Positions 10,728-19,976 of a DNA stretch of 64,000 nucleotides are shown one piece after another. The stretch spans positions 96,001 through 160,000 of the forward strand of contig CBDBIJ010000022.1 of NCBI GenBank assembly GCA_965205655.1, in the 5' to 3' direction. Origin of the DNA: Candidatus Latescibacterota bacterium (GTDB taxonomy: Bacteria; Latescibacterota; UBA2968; UBA8231). The notes beneath the pieces are model-generated. The model did not search any database. It was not told the origin of the DNA and saw nothing but the letters and a program-made list of their open reading frames with translations. The translations under genes and the position numbers were made by a program. The stretch's first letter is position 1. Every line of letters begins with the position of its first letter.

Positions 10728-10853
10728 TCACGTGCTGTGATGAGCTTGGCGCCAGCCAGCGTTGTCGCTGCCTCGGGTGTTGGCGGGGATCTGGCTGCGC
10801 CCGCAGATCTCCAAAACCTTGAGACCTGTGGACCCGAGGTTCACGTATTCCAT
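10728..10853 (-). pseudogene. Aldo/keto reductase N-terminal remnant
   Basis: MEYVNLGSTGLKVLEIC matches the AKR N-terminus (compare the intact MDYVNFGSAGLKVS at 26915). An upstream GGAGG is present; similarity is lost after about 17 codons. Confidence 0.6.
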
Positions 10854-10951
10854 GATTGTCCCATTCCTCCGCGCTGATGCGCGATCAGTATGGTGAGACA
10901 GCGGTGCCCTGTCGAGGTGGTGTTTTGGGACTTCGCGCCATCTCGGCCCTA

Positions 10952-11653
10952 TTAGTGACCAAGAGACGTTCCGAGTTGCTCGGCCCAATGCCGGCAGGTC
11001 CGCGCGATTTCTTCGAACACCTGTTGTTGCGTCCGGCCGGATCGCTTGGGGACACGGTAACCGTGATCGGCGTCCTCGAGCCAGTGCATGGTAAAAGTAT
11101 CCGGCAACCGCCCGACGACTTCGTCCATCAGGTCCCTGCGGCACAGATTGTCGCGGGTACCGTTGAGACAGAGAGTGGGTAGCGATATTCCGGGGAGATG
11201 TGCATCGCGCAGGCGCTCGGGTTTACCCGCGGGGTGCAGCGGGTAAGCCAGCAGTATCAGTCCTTCGCAAGCCTGCCCGGCTGCGGCGAGCATAGACGCC
11301 GTTCGGCCACCCATCGATTGTCCACCGATCAGGAGGCGTTGCGGTTGCACGCTGGACCGTACGTGGTCGATGATGGAACGGTAGCACGCCATCAACCTCG
11401 GCATGCGGTCCGGGGCCCGCTTGCCTCGATGGGTGTAGTAGAAGTTGAAGCGGACAACATCGATGCCGGCTGCCGCGAACTCGCGGGCGAAAGCCGATAT
11501 CGTCACGTGCTCCATGTTGCCTCCGGCTCCGTGGGCCATCACGTAGACGAAGCCAAGGGGTGTAGCCGCCCGGTCGAGAATCGCCGTCGTCTCCTCGCCA
11601 TCGGCCCCGACGACGCGCCAGGTTTCCGTCTCCTGGGTCCCTGTTTGAGTCAT
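10952..11653 (-). CDS. Alpha/beta hydrolase (dienelactone hydrolase-like / KANL3-Tex30-like)
   Basis: AHGAGG, GGQSMGGR nucleophile elbow, AYPLHP, GTRD and ADH triad. Start could be 11653 or 11680. Confidence 0.85.
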   Translation of the reverse strand: MTQTGTQETETWRVVGADGEETTAILDRAATPLGFVYVMAHGAGGNMEHVTISAFAREFAAAGIDVVRFNFYYTHRGKRAPDRMPRLMACYRSIIDHVRSSVQPQRLLIGGQSMGGRTASMLAAAGQACEGLILLAYPLHPAGKPERLRDAHLPGISLPTLCLNGTRDNLCRRDLMDEVVGRLPDTFTMHWLEDADHGYRVPKRSGRTQQQVFEEIARTCRHWAEQLGTSLGH

Positions 11654-11666
11654 ACCGTTTTTGCCG

Positions 11667-12059
11667 TCATGCCAGCTCATTCCGTCTCCTGCCTGCCCTC
11701 GCCGAGCAGTTGCGTCTCGCCATGAGCCAGTAGGCCAGACCGTTTCCCACCAGGACCGCCACACCCAGACCGATCTGAATTCCCCGTGTCAGACCGGTGG
11801 GGTAGAGTATCGGGAAGATGTAGTTGGCGACGAAATCGCCCGAGTACGCAGTTTCGCCGGCCAGCAGGCGATAGTTTCTCTCCAGTGAGGTGAGGGGGCA
11901 GTACCAGCCAACAGTTTCCACGAGAGCCGCCCACAGCACCGCAGGGACGTGGAGCCAGGCGATCCGGGGCCAGCGCGTGACTGCCACCGCGCCAAGGACC
12001 ACAAACAGGACGAACGCGAGGTGAAGGAAGGCGCTGGCGTCCGCGATGAGTCCGAACAT
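11667..12059 (-). CDS. DUF2784 family membrane protein
   Basis: HLAFVLFVVLG...WLHVPA..W......W.CPLT.LE...R...G...Y.GDF...YI.P.LYP.GLT pattern. ATG at 12059. Confidence 0.8.
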   Translation of the reverse strand: MFGLIADASAFLHLAFVLFVVLGAVAVTRWPRIAWLHVPAVLWAALVETVGWYCPLTSLERNYRLLAGETAYSGDFVANYIFPILYPTGLTRGIQIGLGVAVLVGNGLAYWLMARRNCSARAGRRRNELA

Positions 12060-12453
12060 CACTGCGCTGAGATGACCGCTACGGCCTCGATCTCGATCAT
12101 CCAATCCGAATCTATCAGCCGCGCCACCTGCACCATCGTAAAGGCTGGGTAGGGCGGTTCGAAGAACTGCGCCCTCACCTTGTGGATCCTGTCGATGTGC
12201 GACACGTCGGTGACGAAAACGGTCACTTTGGCTATGTCCGCCATTGTGCCGCCGACACTTTCGAGTACTTTCTGGATGTTCACGATATCTGTCGCGTCTG
12301 CGCTTCGATGTCCCCTTTTCCCACCGTGTTGCCGTCCGCATCCTGGGACACATGACCCGAAACATGGAGAACGCGACCCTCCGGCTGCCACGCGGCGGTG
12401 GAGAAAATCCCGAATGGCTTTACGACTCCTGCTGGGTTGAATCCGTGAGCCAT
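12059..12453 (-). pseudogene. RidA/YjgF family protein with a 1-nt frameshift near 12285
   Basis: 5' frame MAHGFNPAGVVKPFGIFS...LHVSGHVS...GDIEAQTRQI; 3' frame VNIQKVLESVGGTMADIAKVTVFV...PPYPAFTMVQVARL...IEIEAVAV. One inserted base joins them. Confidence 0.8.
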
Positions 12454-12481
12454 GAATGAACCTTTCCCTCACAGTTGAATT

Positions 12482-13453
12482 GTGGCAAAGAAGATGAACC
12501 AATTCCCAGGAAAGAGAATGGTCACGACCGCTTCTATCGGCCCCGAGGCGACGGACGTCCTGGAGCGCCTTGTCCCCCTCGAAGTGGCCTCCTCCCCCGA
12601 TGAGGAGACCATGATGTCTCTGCTGGACGATACGATCGGGATCGTATGCCGGGGCGAGGGGAAAGTGACGGCGAGGATGATCGAGGCCGCCACGGACCTG
12701 CGCGTCATAGGGCGACCTGGAGTCGGCTACGATTCCGTCGACCTGGAGGCCGCCAGCGCTCGCAAGATACCCCTCGTCTATGCCCCGGTGGGCGGCTTCG
12801 CCGTTGCCGAGGGGGCGCTCGCCATCCTTCTCGCCCTTGTCAAGCAGCTGCCCCGTGATGACCGCATCGTCCGCAGCGGTCAGTGGAACGAGCGTTACGA
12901 CTTTCTCACCGGCGATCTGACCACCCACACGCTGGGGATCATCGGTCTCGGCAGGATCGGCGCCCACCTCGCCAGGCTGGCGCAACCCTTCGACATGCAC
13001 ATTCTCGGGTACGATCCCTTTATCGACGACCTGCCCGGCGTCGAAACAGTGGAACTCGACGAGCTCCTCTCCCGAAGCGACTACATCTCCGTGCACGTGC
13101 CACTCAGCGAGGAAACCCGCGGTCTCATCGATCGGGATCGGATTTCCCGCATGAAGCCAGGTGCCATCTTCATCAACACATCGCGCGGTGGAATCATAGA
13201 AAGCCTCGATGTCCTCGCGGATGCACTGGACAGCGGCCAGCTCAGTGCCGTCGGCCTCGATGTGTTCCCCACCGAGCCCCCGGATACGAGCCATCGCATC
13301 TTTCGCGATCCGCGCTGCCTCTTTTCCCCGCACAACGTCGGCACCAGCGAGCTCGCCATGGCCCGCATCTACAGCTCTATGGCCACCAGCATGGTGAACG
13401 TCCTCACCGGGAAGGCGCCGGAGTACTGCGTCAACCCTCACGTGCTCGAGTGA
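12482..13453 (+). CDS. D-isomer specific 2-hydroxyacid dehydrogenase (SerA-like)
   Basis: GVGYDSVD, GIIGLGRIG, INTSRGG, LDVFPTEP and SPHN motifs. Confidence 0.9.
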   Translation: MAKKMNQFPGKRMVTTASIGPEATDVLERLVPLEVASSPDEETMMSLLDDTIGIVCRGEGKVTARMIEAATDLRVIGRPGVGYDSVDLEAASARKIPLVYAPVGGFAVAEGALAILLALVKQLPRDDRIVRSGQWNERYDFLTGDLTTHTLGIIGLGRIGAHLARLAQPFDMHILGYDPFIDDLPGVETVELDELLSRSDYISVHVPLSEETRGLIDRDRISRMKPGAIFINTSRGGIIESLDVLADALDSGQLSAVGLDVFPTEPPDTSHRIFRDPRCLFSPHNVGTSELAMARIYSSMATSMVNVLTGKAPEYCVNPHVLE

Positions 13454-13463
13454 GCCGGCCGCT

Positions 13464-14489
13464 CTAGCCCCCTCCCACCTCCACCACCAGTACCCACATC
13501 GGAGCCTTACCCACCTCGTAGACCACCCGGTCTGTCAGCTCTCCGCTGTCTTGATCGATGGTGTACACCGACATCTTGCCGCTCTGGGCGCCGGCGGCGA
13601 AAAAGAACTTTCCCTGCGGGTCCACCTCGATCCCTCTGACGTGATCCTCGGTGGGCACCCGGCCGACGAGCGACAGCTCTCCGGAGCCCTCGTCTATGTT
13701 GAAGCAGGCGACGCTGTCATGCCCTCGATTCGGGGCGTAAAGGAATTTCCCCGTCGGATGCACTCGAAGCTGGGACGTCGTGTTCTCGCTCCTGTCGAAG
13801 CCATCGGGCAGCGTCGAAATTGTCTGAAAGGCGGACACCGTCCCCGATTCGCTGACGTTGTAAGCCGAGATGCTGTTGCCCTGCTCATCGGTCGTGTACA
13901 TCACCTCCATATTCGGATGAAAACGAATGTGACGCGGACCCAGCCTTTCTGATGGGACCACCTTTGGTGGCGTGTTTGGTGTGATCTCACCCGTGTCCCC
14001 GTCGTACTTGAACTGATAGAGGGCATTCGAATTAATGCAGTTCGGCACGTAAGCGAATCTGTTCGACGGGTGCACCTCCACCGAGTGAGCCCCGGGTTCC
14101 GTTCTCACCGTGCACACGGCGGGCTCTGCCAGCGCGCCGTCGTCGCCGACGCGATAGCTACTCGCCCTCCCCCCACCATTGCTTGAGGTGAGCACAAATT
14201 TGCCGGATCCGTCCACGGTTACGTAGACGCCGTCCGATTCTTCATCGATCGTGCCCAGGTGCGTCAGCGAGCCCGTCGCCTTGTCGACGGCCAAACTCGC
14301 GAGCTTGCTGATGCGACGACGCACGGCGTACAGAAATTTATTGCCGGGAGCCACCGCCAATCCCGACGGTCCCCCCTCCAGCGGCATGTCCTCCTGTTTG
14401 TCCAGTGCGCCCGTGTCGGCGTTCATCCTGAAGATGCTAATCTTGTCTTCGCCGTTGATGCTGACGTACACGTAGTAGGCCATCGTCAT
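13464..14489 (-). CDS. Lactonase family beta-propeller (6-phosphogluconolactonase/cycloisomerase-like)
   Basis: AHSVEVHP, GPRHIRFHP and GKFLYAPNRGHDS motifs. Confidence 0.85.
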   Translation of the reverse strand: MTMAYYVYVSINGEDKISIFRMNADTGALDKQEDMPLEGGPSGLAVAPGNKFLYAVRRRISKLASLAVDKATGSLTHLGTIDEESDGVYVTVDGSGKFVLTSSNGGGRASSYRVGDDGALAEPAVCTVRTEPGAHSVEVHPSNRFAYVPNCINSNALYQFKYDGDTGEITPNTPPKVVPSERLGPRHIRFHPNMEVMYTTDEQGNSISAYNVSESGTVSAFQTISTLPDGFDRSENTTSQLRVHPTGKFLYAPNRGHDSVACFNIDEGSGELSLVGRVPTEDHVRGIEVDPQGKFFFAAGAQSGKMSVYTIDQDSGELTDRVVYEVGKAPMWVLVVEVGGG

Positions 14490-14567
14490 CCCTTTCCTAT
14501 TGAGCCGTCGGCTGTTTGCTGGCAAAAGCTACGCAATTTCTACTACTTTCCGGAATAGAGACTGCGA

Positions 14568-15605
14568 ATGCTATCCCTCCCCTTCTTAGTGCGCCGGCCG
14601 TGGATGATGCTAAGCCAGTGGCTGACCGATCGCGACCGGCCGGACCTCGACAAGCTGCGAGGAATGGTAGATCCGGAGCGTTTTCTCTGGGCCATCCTGC
14701 CGCATGCGGCGCGCACCTTCGCCTCCTGCATTTCTCTGCTACCGTTGCACAAGGCTCGCGCCGCCGCCGTCGGCTACCTCTACTGCCGCAGCCTCGACAC
14801 CTACGAAGATCTCGCGCCCGAGCCGGCGCCGCTCCTCGACGCCTTCGGACATCGCTTCGGCGAGCCCCCGCTGCCGGCCGCCCCACCGATCGTAAACCCC
14901 AGGGTACAGGACGCCAGGGATGGCGTCCATCTGTTGCTGCTCGAATGCCTGGATCGCGTGGATGCGGTCTATGGACGGTTGTCAGACGCGCACAGGCTCT
15001 CGATCGCGGGCTGCGTCCGCGAGATGGCGGCCGGAATGTGTCGACGACGCAGTGATGGATCCGGTAACGTTCTCGCTTACTGCCGCGCCGTGATCGGCTA
15101 TCCCGTCGTCTTCGCGCTTGAGCTGCTACTCGAGCGCCAACTCGATTCCCAGGAGCGCGAGACCGCTATGCAGGTGAGCGAGATGGTCCAGCTCGCTAAC
15201 ATAACGCGCGATATCGAAAAGGACCTGGATCGCGGTGTCACTTACGATTCGCGCCTGGTCGACGCACCCGACGTGACAACCATCCACGCCGTGCGGGAGG
15301 ATATGATGCGTCTTGCCCTCAACAGGGCACCGGCCTATCGGCGCCTCATGGAGATGCTGGAGCACCCCCGGCTTCAGCTCGGACGCGCATCGGCGCTTCT
15401 CATGCTGCTCTATACCAGCCGCTACTACGACGAATGCGCCCGCCGGCTCGGCTACGAGGGATGGGCAGCGACTCGCTCGACGACGGACCTCTTCGTTCGC
15501 GTCTTTCCCGCGTCCTTTTCACACCGCTACGCCATGAAAACAGCGCATCACGTCGAACATGACCTCATCTCGTTCGAGTCGAGGCCGCGACTTTCTCGGC
15601 ATTGA
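14568..15605 (+). CDS. Squalene/phytoene synthase family protein
   Basis: ARTF, YLYCRSLDTYED (first Asp-rich motif) and QLANITRDIEKDLDRG (second motif). Confidence 0.8.
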   Translation: MLSLPFLVRRPWMMLSQWLTDRDRPDLDKLRGMVDPERFLWAILPHAARTFASCISLLPLHKARAAAVGYLYCRSLDTYEDLAPEPAPLLDAFGHRFGEPPLPAAPPIVNPRVQDARDGVHLLLLECLDRVDAVYGRLSDAHRLSIAGCVREMAAGMCRRRSDGSGNVLAYCRAVIGYPVVFALELLLERQLDSQERETAMQVSEMVQLANITRDIEKDLDRGVTYDSRLVDAPDVTTIHAVREDMMRLALNRAPAYRRLMEMLEHPRLQLGRASALLMLLYTSRYYDECARRLGYEGWAATRSTTDLFVRVFPASFSHRYAMKTAHHVEHDLISFESRPRLSRH

Positions 15606-15626
15606 GTCCTCGCATCGGCCTCCGGC

Positions 15627-16170
15627 TCAATCTTCGACTCGGCTGTTGGCCAGATCGATCGACGCTTGCAGCTCCGCCTCCAATGCTCCGTCAAGCTCGA
15701 CGGCCCTCTTCAAGTGGCTGATGGCTCGCGAGTATTCGCCGAGCTTGTGCAGTGATACGACCCCCGCATCCCTGTGTGCCGATGGTTGCGTCGGGTCGAG
15801 CTTCAGCGACTCTTCCCACGATTTCACCGCCGCCTCGTAGTCTCCGTCGTCAAAGCTGGCCTTGGCAAGCACGTTGTGCGCCGCCGATGTAGGTTCGATC
15901 TGGAGAGAGAGCCTGCACACCTGTACGGCGTGCTGCTGGAGCCCCTTGTTGAACAGCTTCGAAACGACCACGAGGTAGGCCCTGGCCATCTCAAAGCGCT
16001 GCCTGGATGACGGTGTACTCGTCGGGATGGAAATGGTAGAAGCTCTAAGGCACTGCCGTGCCCGGCGGCACGTCACCCCTCGACAGCCCTTCCAAACGCA
16101 GCCAGCCGGCGAGGAGCAGAATGCACGCCGAGATGACGAGTGTTGGAGCGGGGATTGACTTCGTCCTCAC
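15627..16170 (-). pseudogene. Degenerate membrane glycosyltransferase-like N-terminus joined to a TPR C-terminal fragment
   Basis: From GTG 16170: ...ILLLAGWLRLEGLSRG...P*SFYHFHPDE...AAL*, resembling an ArnT/GT39 first TM helix plus HPDE. It is followed in another frame by a 120-aa TPR ORF (15627-15989). Confidence 0.5.
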
Positions 16171-16206
16171 AGCGGCGGCCTCACGATCTGTATCGGCTCG
16201 CCGCCA

Positions 16207-17688
16207 TCAGCGAACATCGCGCCAGTCGTCGATGTCGTCGAATGGGAACATCGGCCGCGGGATGCGCTCGAACGGCAGTTGGCTCAGGTCGGCTCGACAG
16301 CATCCGGGACTGTCGACGGATATGACGGCCTTGGAGATCGGTTCGTACTCCATCCGCAGCGCCAGCGGCGATTTTGCGAGCACCAGCTTCATGTCGCGCG
16401 GCTCGATGCCGTGGCTGCGATACAGCTCCGGGTCCGTCGTCGGCATCGTCCGTTCACCGATGAGCAGGTTGATGTTGTTGATCTCGAGCACGACAGCGCG
16501 GCCCATTTTAACGAGTCGACCGGTGTAGCAACGTCCCTTGTAGCGGAACTGGCCGTCTGAGATGAGCCTGACCCTTCCCGTGACCTTCACGGATTTGGCG
16601 AAAGTCGGGTTCAGCTTGCCGCCCACGGACAAAGTCACCGTGGCGCCGATACCGGCCTCGATCGCTTGTGCCACGGCCTTCGGATCGACGACGACGGCAG
16701 CCGTGGGAACGTGGTCGAGTCCTTCGTCGAGAATGGCTTGAAGGATCCATGTGCTGTCGCCGGGGGATCCTCCCATCGTTCCGTCGGCGCCTTCACCGAG
16801 CGTCACCGGGCCGCCGTCGATCGCCATCGCCCGCTCGAGGGCCTCTGCCACGCCGGGCACTTCGGCCGCGAAATCGATGCGGTGCGACCACAGCTGATCC
16901 GACAGTTCAGTCGCCAGCCTCTCCGCAAGGGAGCGGTCGCCATTGGCGATGACGACCGTCGACTAACCGAGCTCTTCCACATCCAGCCACGGCTGCACCG
17001 GAAAAAACGAGACCGAGGCCACACCGGGGCGATCCTCCATTGAGCGGCTGAAGTCTAGCAGCTCTTTCAGGACACCGCGATCGCTGAGATGCTGCTCCGC
17101 CTGGGTCACCATCCTCAACTTGCGCATGACCATCGCCGGCCGCGCCCCACTGCCGAGCATGTCGAGAAGGAGCGCCGCCGCCCGCTGCCCGGTCTCGTAC
17201 AGATCGATGTGCGGACTCGTGCGGTAGCCCACCAGTGCGTCGGCGTTTGAGCACATGAGCGAGGTCAGGTTGGCGTGGAGGTCGAGGCTGGCTACAACTG
17301 GCGTGTTGGGCCCGACCATGTTCCTGACCTCGTGCAGCACCCGCCCGTCGGCGCTGTCGTCTCCCTCGGCCGCCCAGGCGCCGTGAAGCGCCAGCAGAAC
17401 CCCGTCGACGGATTCGGCCTGTCGGAGCTCTCGAAGAAACTCATCGAGCAGCGACTCGAATTCGTCTCGCACCATCCTCCCCGAGCTCACGGCCCATCCA
17501 CCGAGCAGGGGCACCACCTCGATCTGTGCGGCAGCCAGTGCGTCGAGGAAGCCCTGCACCTCTGTCTTCTCGCGCCGCGCCGCTGCGAGCAGTTCGGTGC
17601 CCGTTGCCAGCTGAAAGTGCTCGCGAAGGGTCAGCTGCGGCGAAAAAGTGTTTGTCTCCTGCAGCAGTGAGCCTACGGCTACGCGCAC
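16207..17688 (-). pseudogene. MlrC/M81 family metallopeptidase with an in-frame TAG at 16963-16965
   Basis: QETNTFS, LHGA, LDLHAN and YRTSPHID motifs. The frame continues past the TAG (STVVIANGD...) into the 16207-16860 ORF with D..GG..PGD and PRPMFP. Confidence 0.85.
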
Positions 17689-17802
17689 GGTTCACCGCCC
17701 GTGACAATTGCCATCTCGTCGTTTAGACTCCCCATTTATCACTCCCATCTCCCACCCAGGTCAGTCCGCTCAAGGCTCAGCCAGGGTTTATATGAGGTTC
17801 AT

Positions 17803-18918
17803 ATGAAGATCGAGAATATCAGGACATTCCTCGTCGACCGCTGCCTGCTCGTCCGCGTCTACACCGACGCCGGTCTCACCGGCAACGGCGAGGCGGGCCT
17901 TTGGGCTCACCACCGCATAGTCGAGACGGCCATCGACGAGCTCAGCAGCTACTTCGTCGGCAAGGATCCGCTTCGGATCGAGCACCACTATCAGGTCGTC
18001 TCACGCCAGTCCCACTTCACCGGCGCGGCCCTCAGCGCCGCCCTCAGCGCCATCGACATCGCGCTCTGGGACATCCTCGGAAAATCCGTCGGTCTGCCCG
18101 TCTACCAGCTCCTGGGCGGAAAGTGCCGCGACAAAATCAAAGTCTTTGCCGACATCGGCGGTGACTCCCTCGATACCGTAGCGGCCTCGGCAAAGCGGGC
18201 AGTCGCCGACGGCCACACCTCAATGCGCCTGGGCCCATTCGGTCCCGATTTCGAGAAACGGGAATCGGCTGCCGTCATTTCCAATGTCGTCGATATGGTC
18301 GCTACCGCTCGGGAAGCCGTCGGTGCCGACATCGACCTGGGCGTGGAGATTCACCGCAATCTCACGCCGGATGAAGCGATCACTCTCGCGGGCGAATTGA
18401 GACCCTACCGCCTCAAGTTCTACGAGGATCCGATCGTTCCCGAAAGCGTCGAGGCCCTCGAGTATGTCGCCCGTCATATCGACATACCGCTGGCGGTCGG
18501 CGAGCGCAGCTTCGACATCTACCAATTCAAGGAGCTCGTCGACAGAAAAGTCTGCAGCTTCATCCGTCCGGATCTGTCGCTCGCCGGAGGCTTTACTCAA
18601 GTCAAGAAGATCGCCGCGATCGCCGAGCCCGCGCTCGTGCAGCTCTTCCCTCACCTCATGGGCAGCGCCGTCAACGGCGCGGCGTTTGCCCACCTGGCGG
18701 CCGCGATTCCCAACTACGCCTTCATGGAGTCACAGCGCCGGGCTGGAATTCCCCCATCGATCGTCGACGAACCCTTCGTCGAAAAGGACGGCTACCGCGA
18801 AGTTCCCGATCGGCCCGGCATCGGCGTTGAAATCGATGAGGCGGCGTGTGCCGAGTTTCCTTATCGAGGCGTAGCGATCACCGGCTCCTTCCACGCCGAT
18901 GGGTCAGTCGCTCATTAA
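17803..18918 (+). CDS. Mandelate racemase/muconate lactonizing enzyme family (galactonate dehydratase-like)
   Basis: SAIDIALWDILGK..GLPVYQLLGG, YEDP, AVGE, PDL..AGG and PGIGVEIDE motifs. Confidence 0.88.
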   Translation: MKIENIRTFLVDRCLLVRVYTDAGLTGNGEAGLWAHHRIVETAIDELSSYFVGKDPLRIEHHYQVVSRQSHFTGAALSAALSAIDIALWDILGKSVGLPVYQLLGGKCRDKIKVFADIGGDSLDTVAASAKRAVADGHTSMRLGPFGPDFEKRESAAVISNVVDMVATAREAVGADIDLGVEIHRNLTPDEAITLAGELRPYRLKFYEDPIVPESVEALEYVARHIDIPLAVGERSFDIYQFKELVDRKVCSFIRPDLSLAGGFTQVKKIAAIAEPALVQLFPHLMGSAVNGAAFAHLAAAIPNYAFMESQRRAGIPPSIVDEPFVEKDGYREVPDRPGIGVEIDEAACAEFPYRGVAITGSFHADGSVAH

Positions 18919-19976
18919 ATCGGCACGTCTCGTCGGATTTTCAGATGATCTGTGCTGTGACGAAGAGATCCGCGTTGATTTGTACCGGCATCGCGCTTCT
19001 CGTTTTGCCGGCGAATTCGGAGACGACGTCCGGCCTCGAGGAGCTGCTGCGCTTCGAAGGTAGGGTAATCGCCGAGGTCCGGCTGGACGGCAACCGCGTC
19101 ACTCGAGAGTATGTCATACGGCGGGAGCTGGCGTCGACGGTCGGCGCGCCGCTGCGGCTGTCCACGATCGAAGCGGACCTGCAGCGCTTGCACAACCTCG
19201 ACATCTTCAGCTCGATCCACGTCGAGGCCGCGCAGAGCGACGATGGTGTGTCGCTGACGATTCGCGTCCGCGAAATCCCCTACGCCGTTCCCTACATCAG
19301 CTACGATGTGACGGACGAGGACGGCTGGTCTTTCGGTCCCGCGGTGAAGTCGGTCAATATGATGGGGCACGATGTTTTCGTTGCCGGCTATGCCTTGTTT
19401 GGTGCGACCACCACCTACCTGCTCGATCTCACGGCCCCCTGGATCATCGGCAATCACATCTCTTTCGAGCTCGACCTGAGTCTCATCGAGCGCGACAATG
19501 TGCTCGACGGCTTCGGCGAGGCGGCTTTCGAATTCTCACCGCGTATTGGCACCTACATCGGCCAGGCGGCCAGAGCCTCCGTCGTCGTTTCGAATCTGCA
19601 CATCAAGAGCGACAGACCGGGTCATACCCTTTCCTCCACGAATCGAGACCGGTTGGTGCAGCTTGGCGTTGCGTTGGGATATGACACCCGCGATTCGTGG
19701 GGCGACCCCCACCGAGGCTGGCTCAACGAAATCGAAGTGATAAAGACAGGGGGGGCGCTGCCGGGCGAGGCCGACTACTGGACCACCCACACCGATATAA
19801 GGCGCTTCCGTCCGATCGGCGACCGGACCCTCGTCCTCGCCGGCTTGTTGTCGCTGCAGACGGGCAACGTGGGGTCGACCTTGCCCGAATACATGGACTA
19901 CCACCTCGGGGGGGCCAACTCCATTCGCGGCTACGAGGTGGACGGGATCGGCAAGAGTCTGAAGGGCCGCAATCAG

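Noticed and set aside
12059..13441. 460-aa minus-strand ORF ending in a RidA domain
   Set aside because: Mostly antisense to the dehydrogenase. Only the last ~75 codons are real and belong to the frameshifted RidA.
16045..16965. Amber recoding or pyrrolysine suggested by two nearby in-frame TAGs
   Set aside because: TAG ends many intact genes here (e.g. at 3145, 7883, 25872), no pyl genes are in the window, and one TAG lies in an already degraded remnant.
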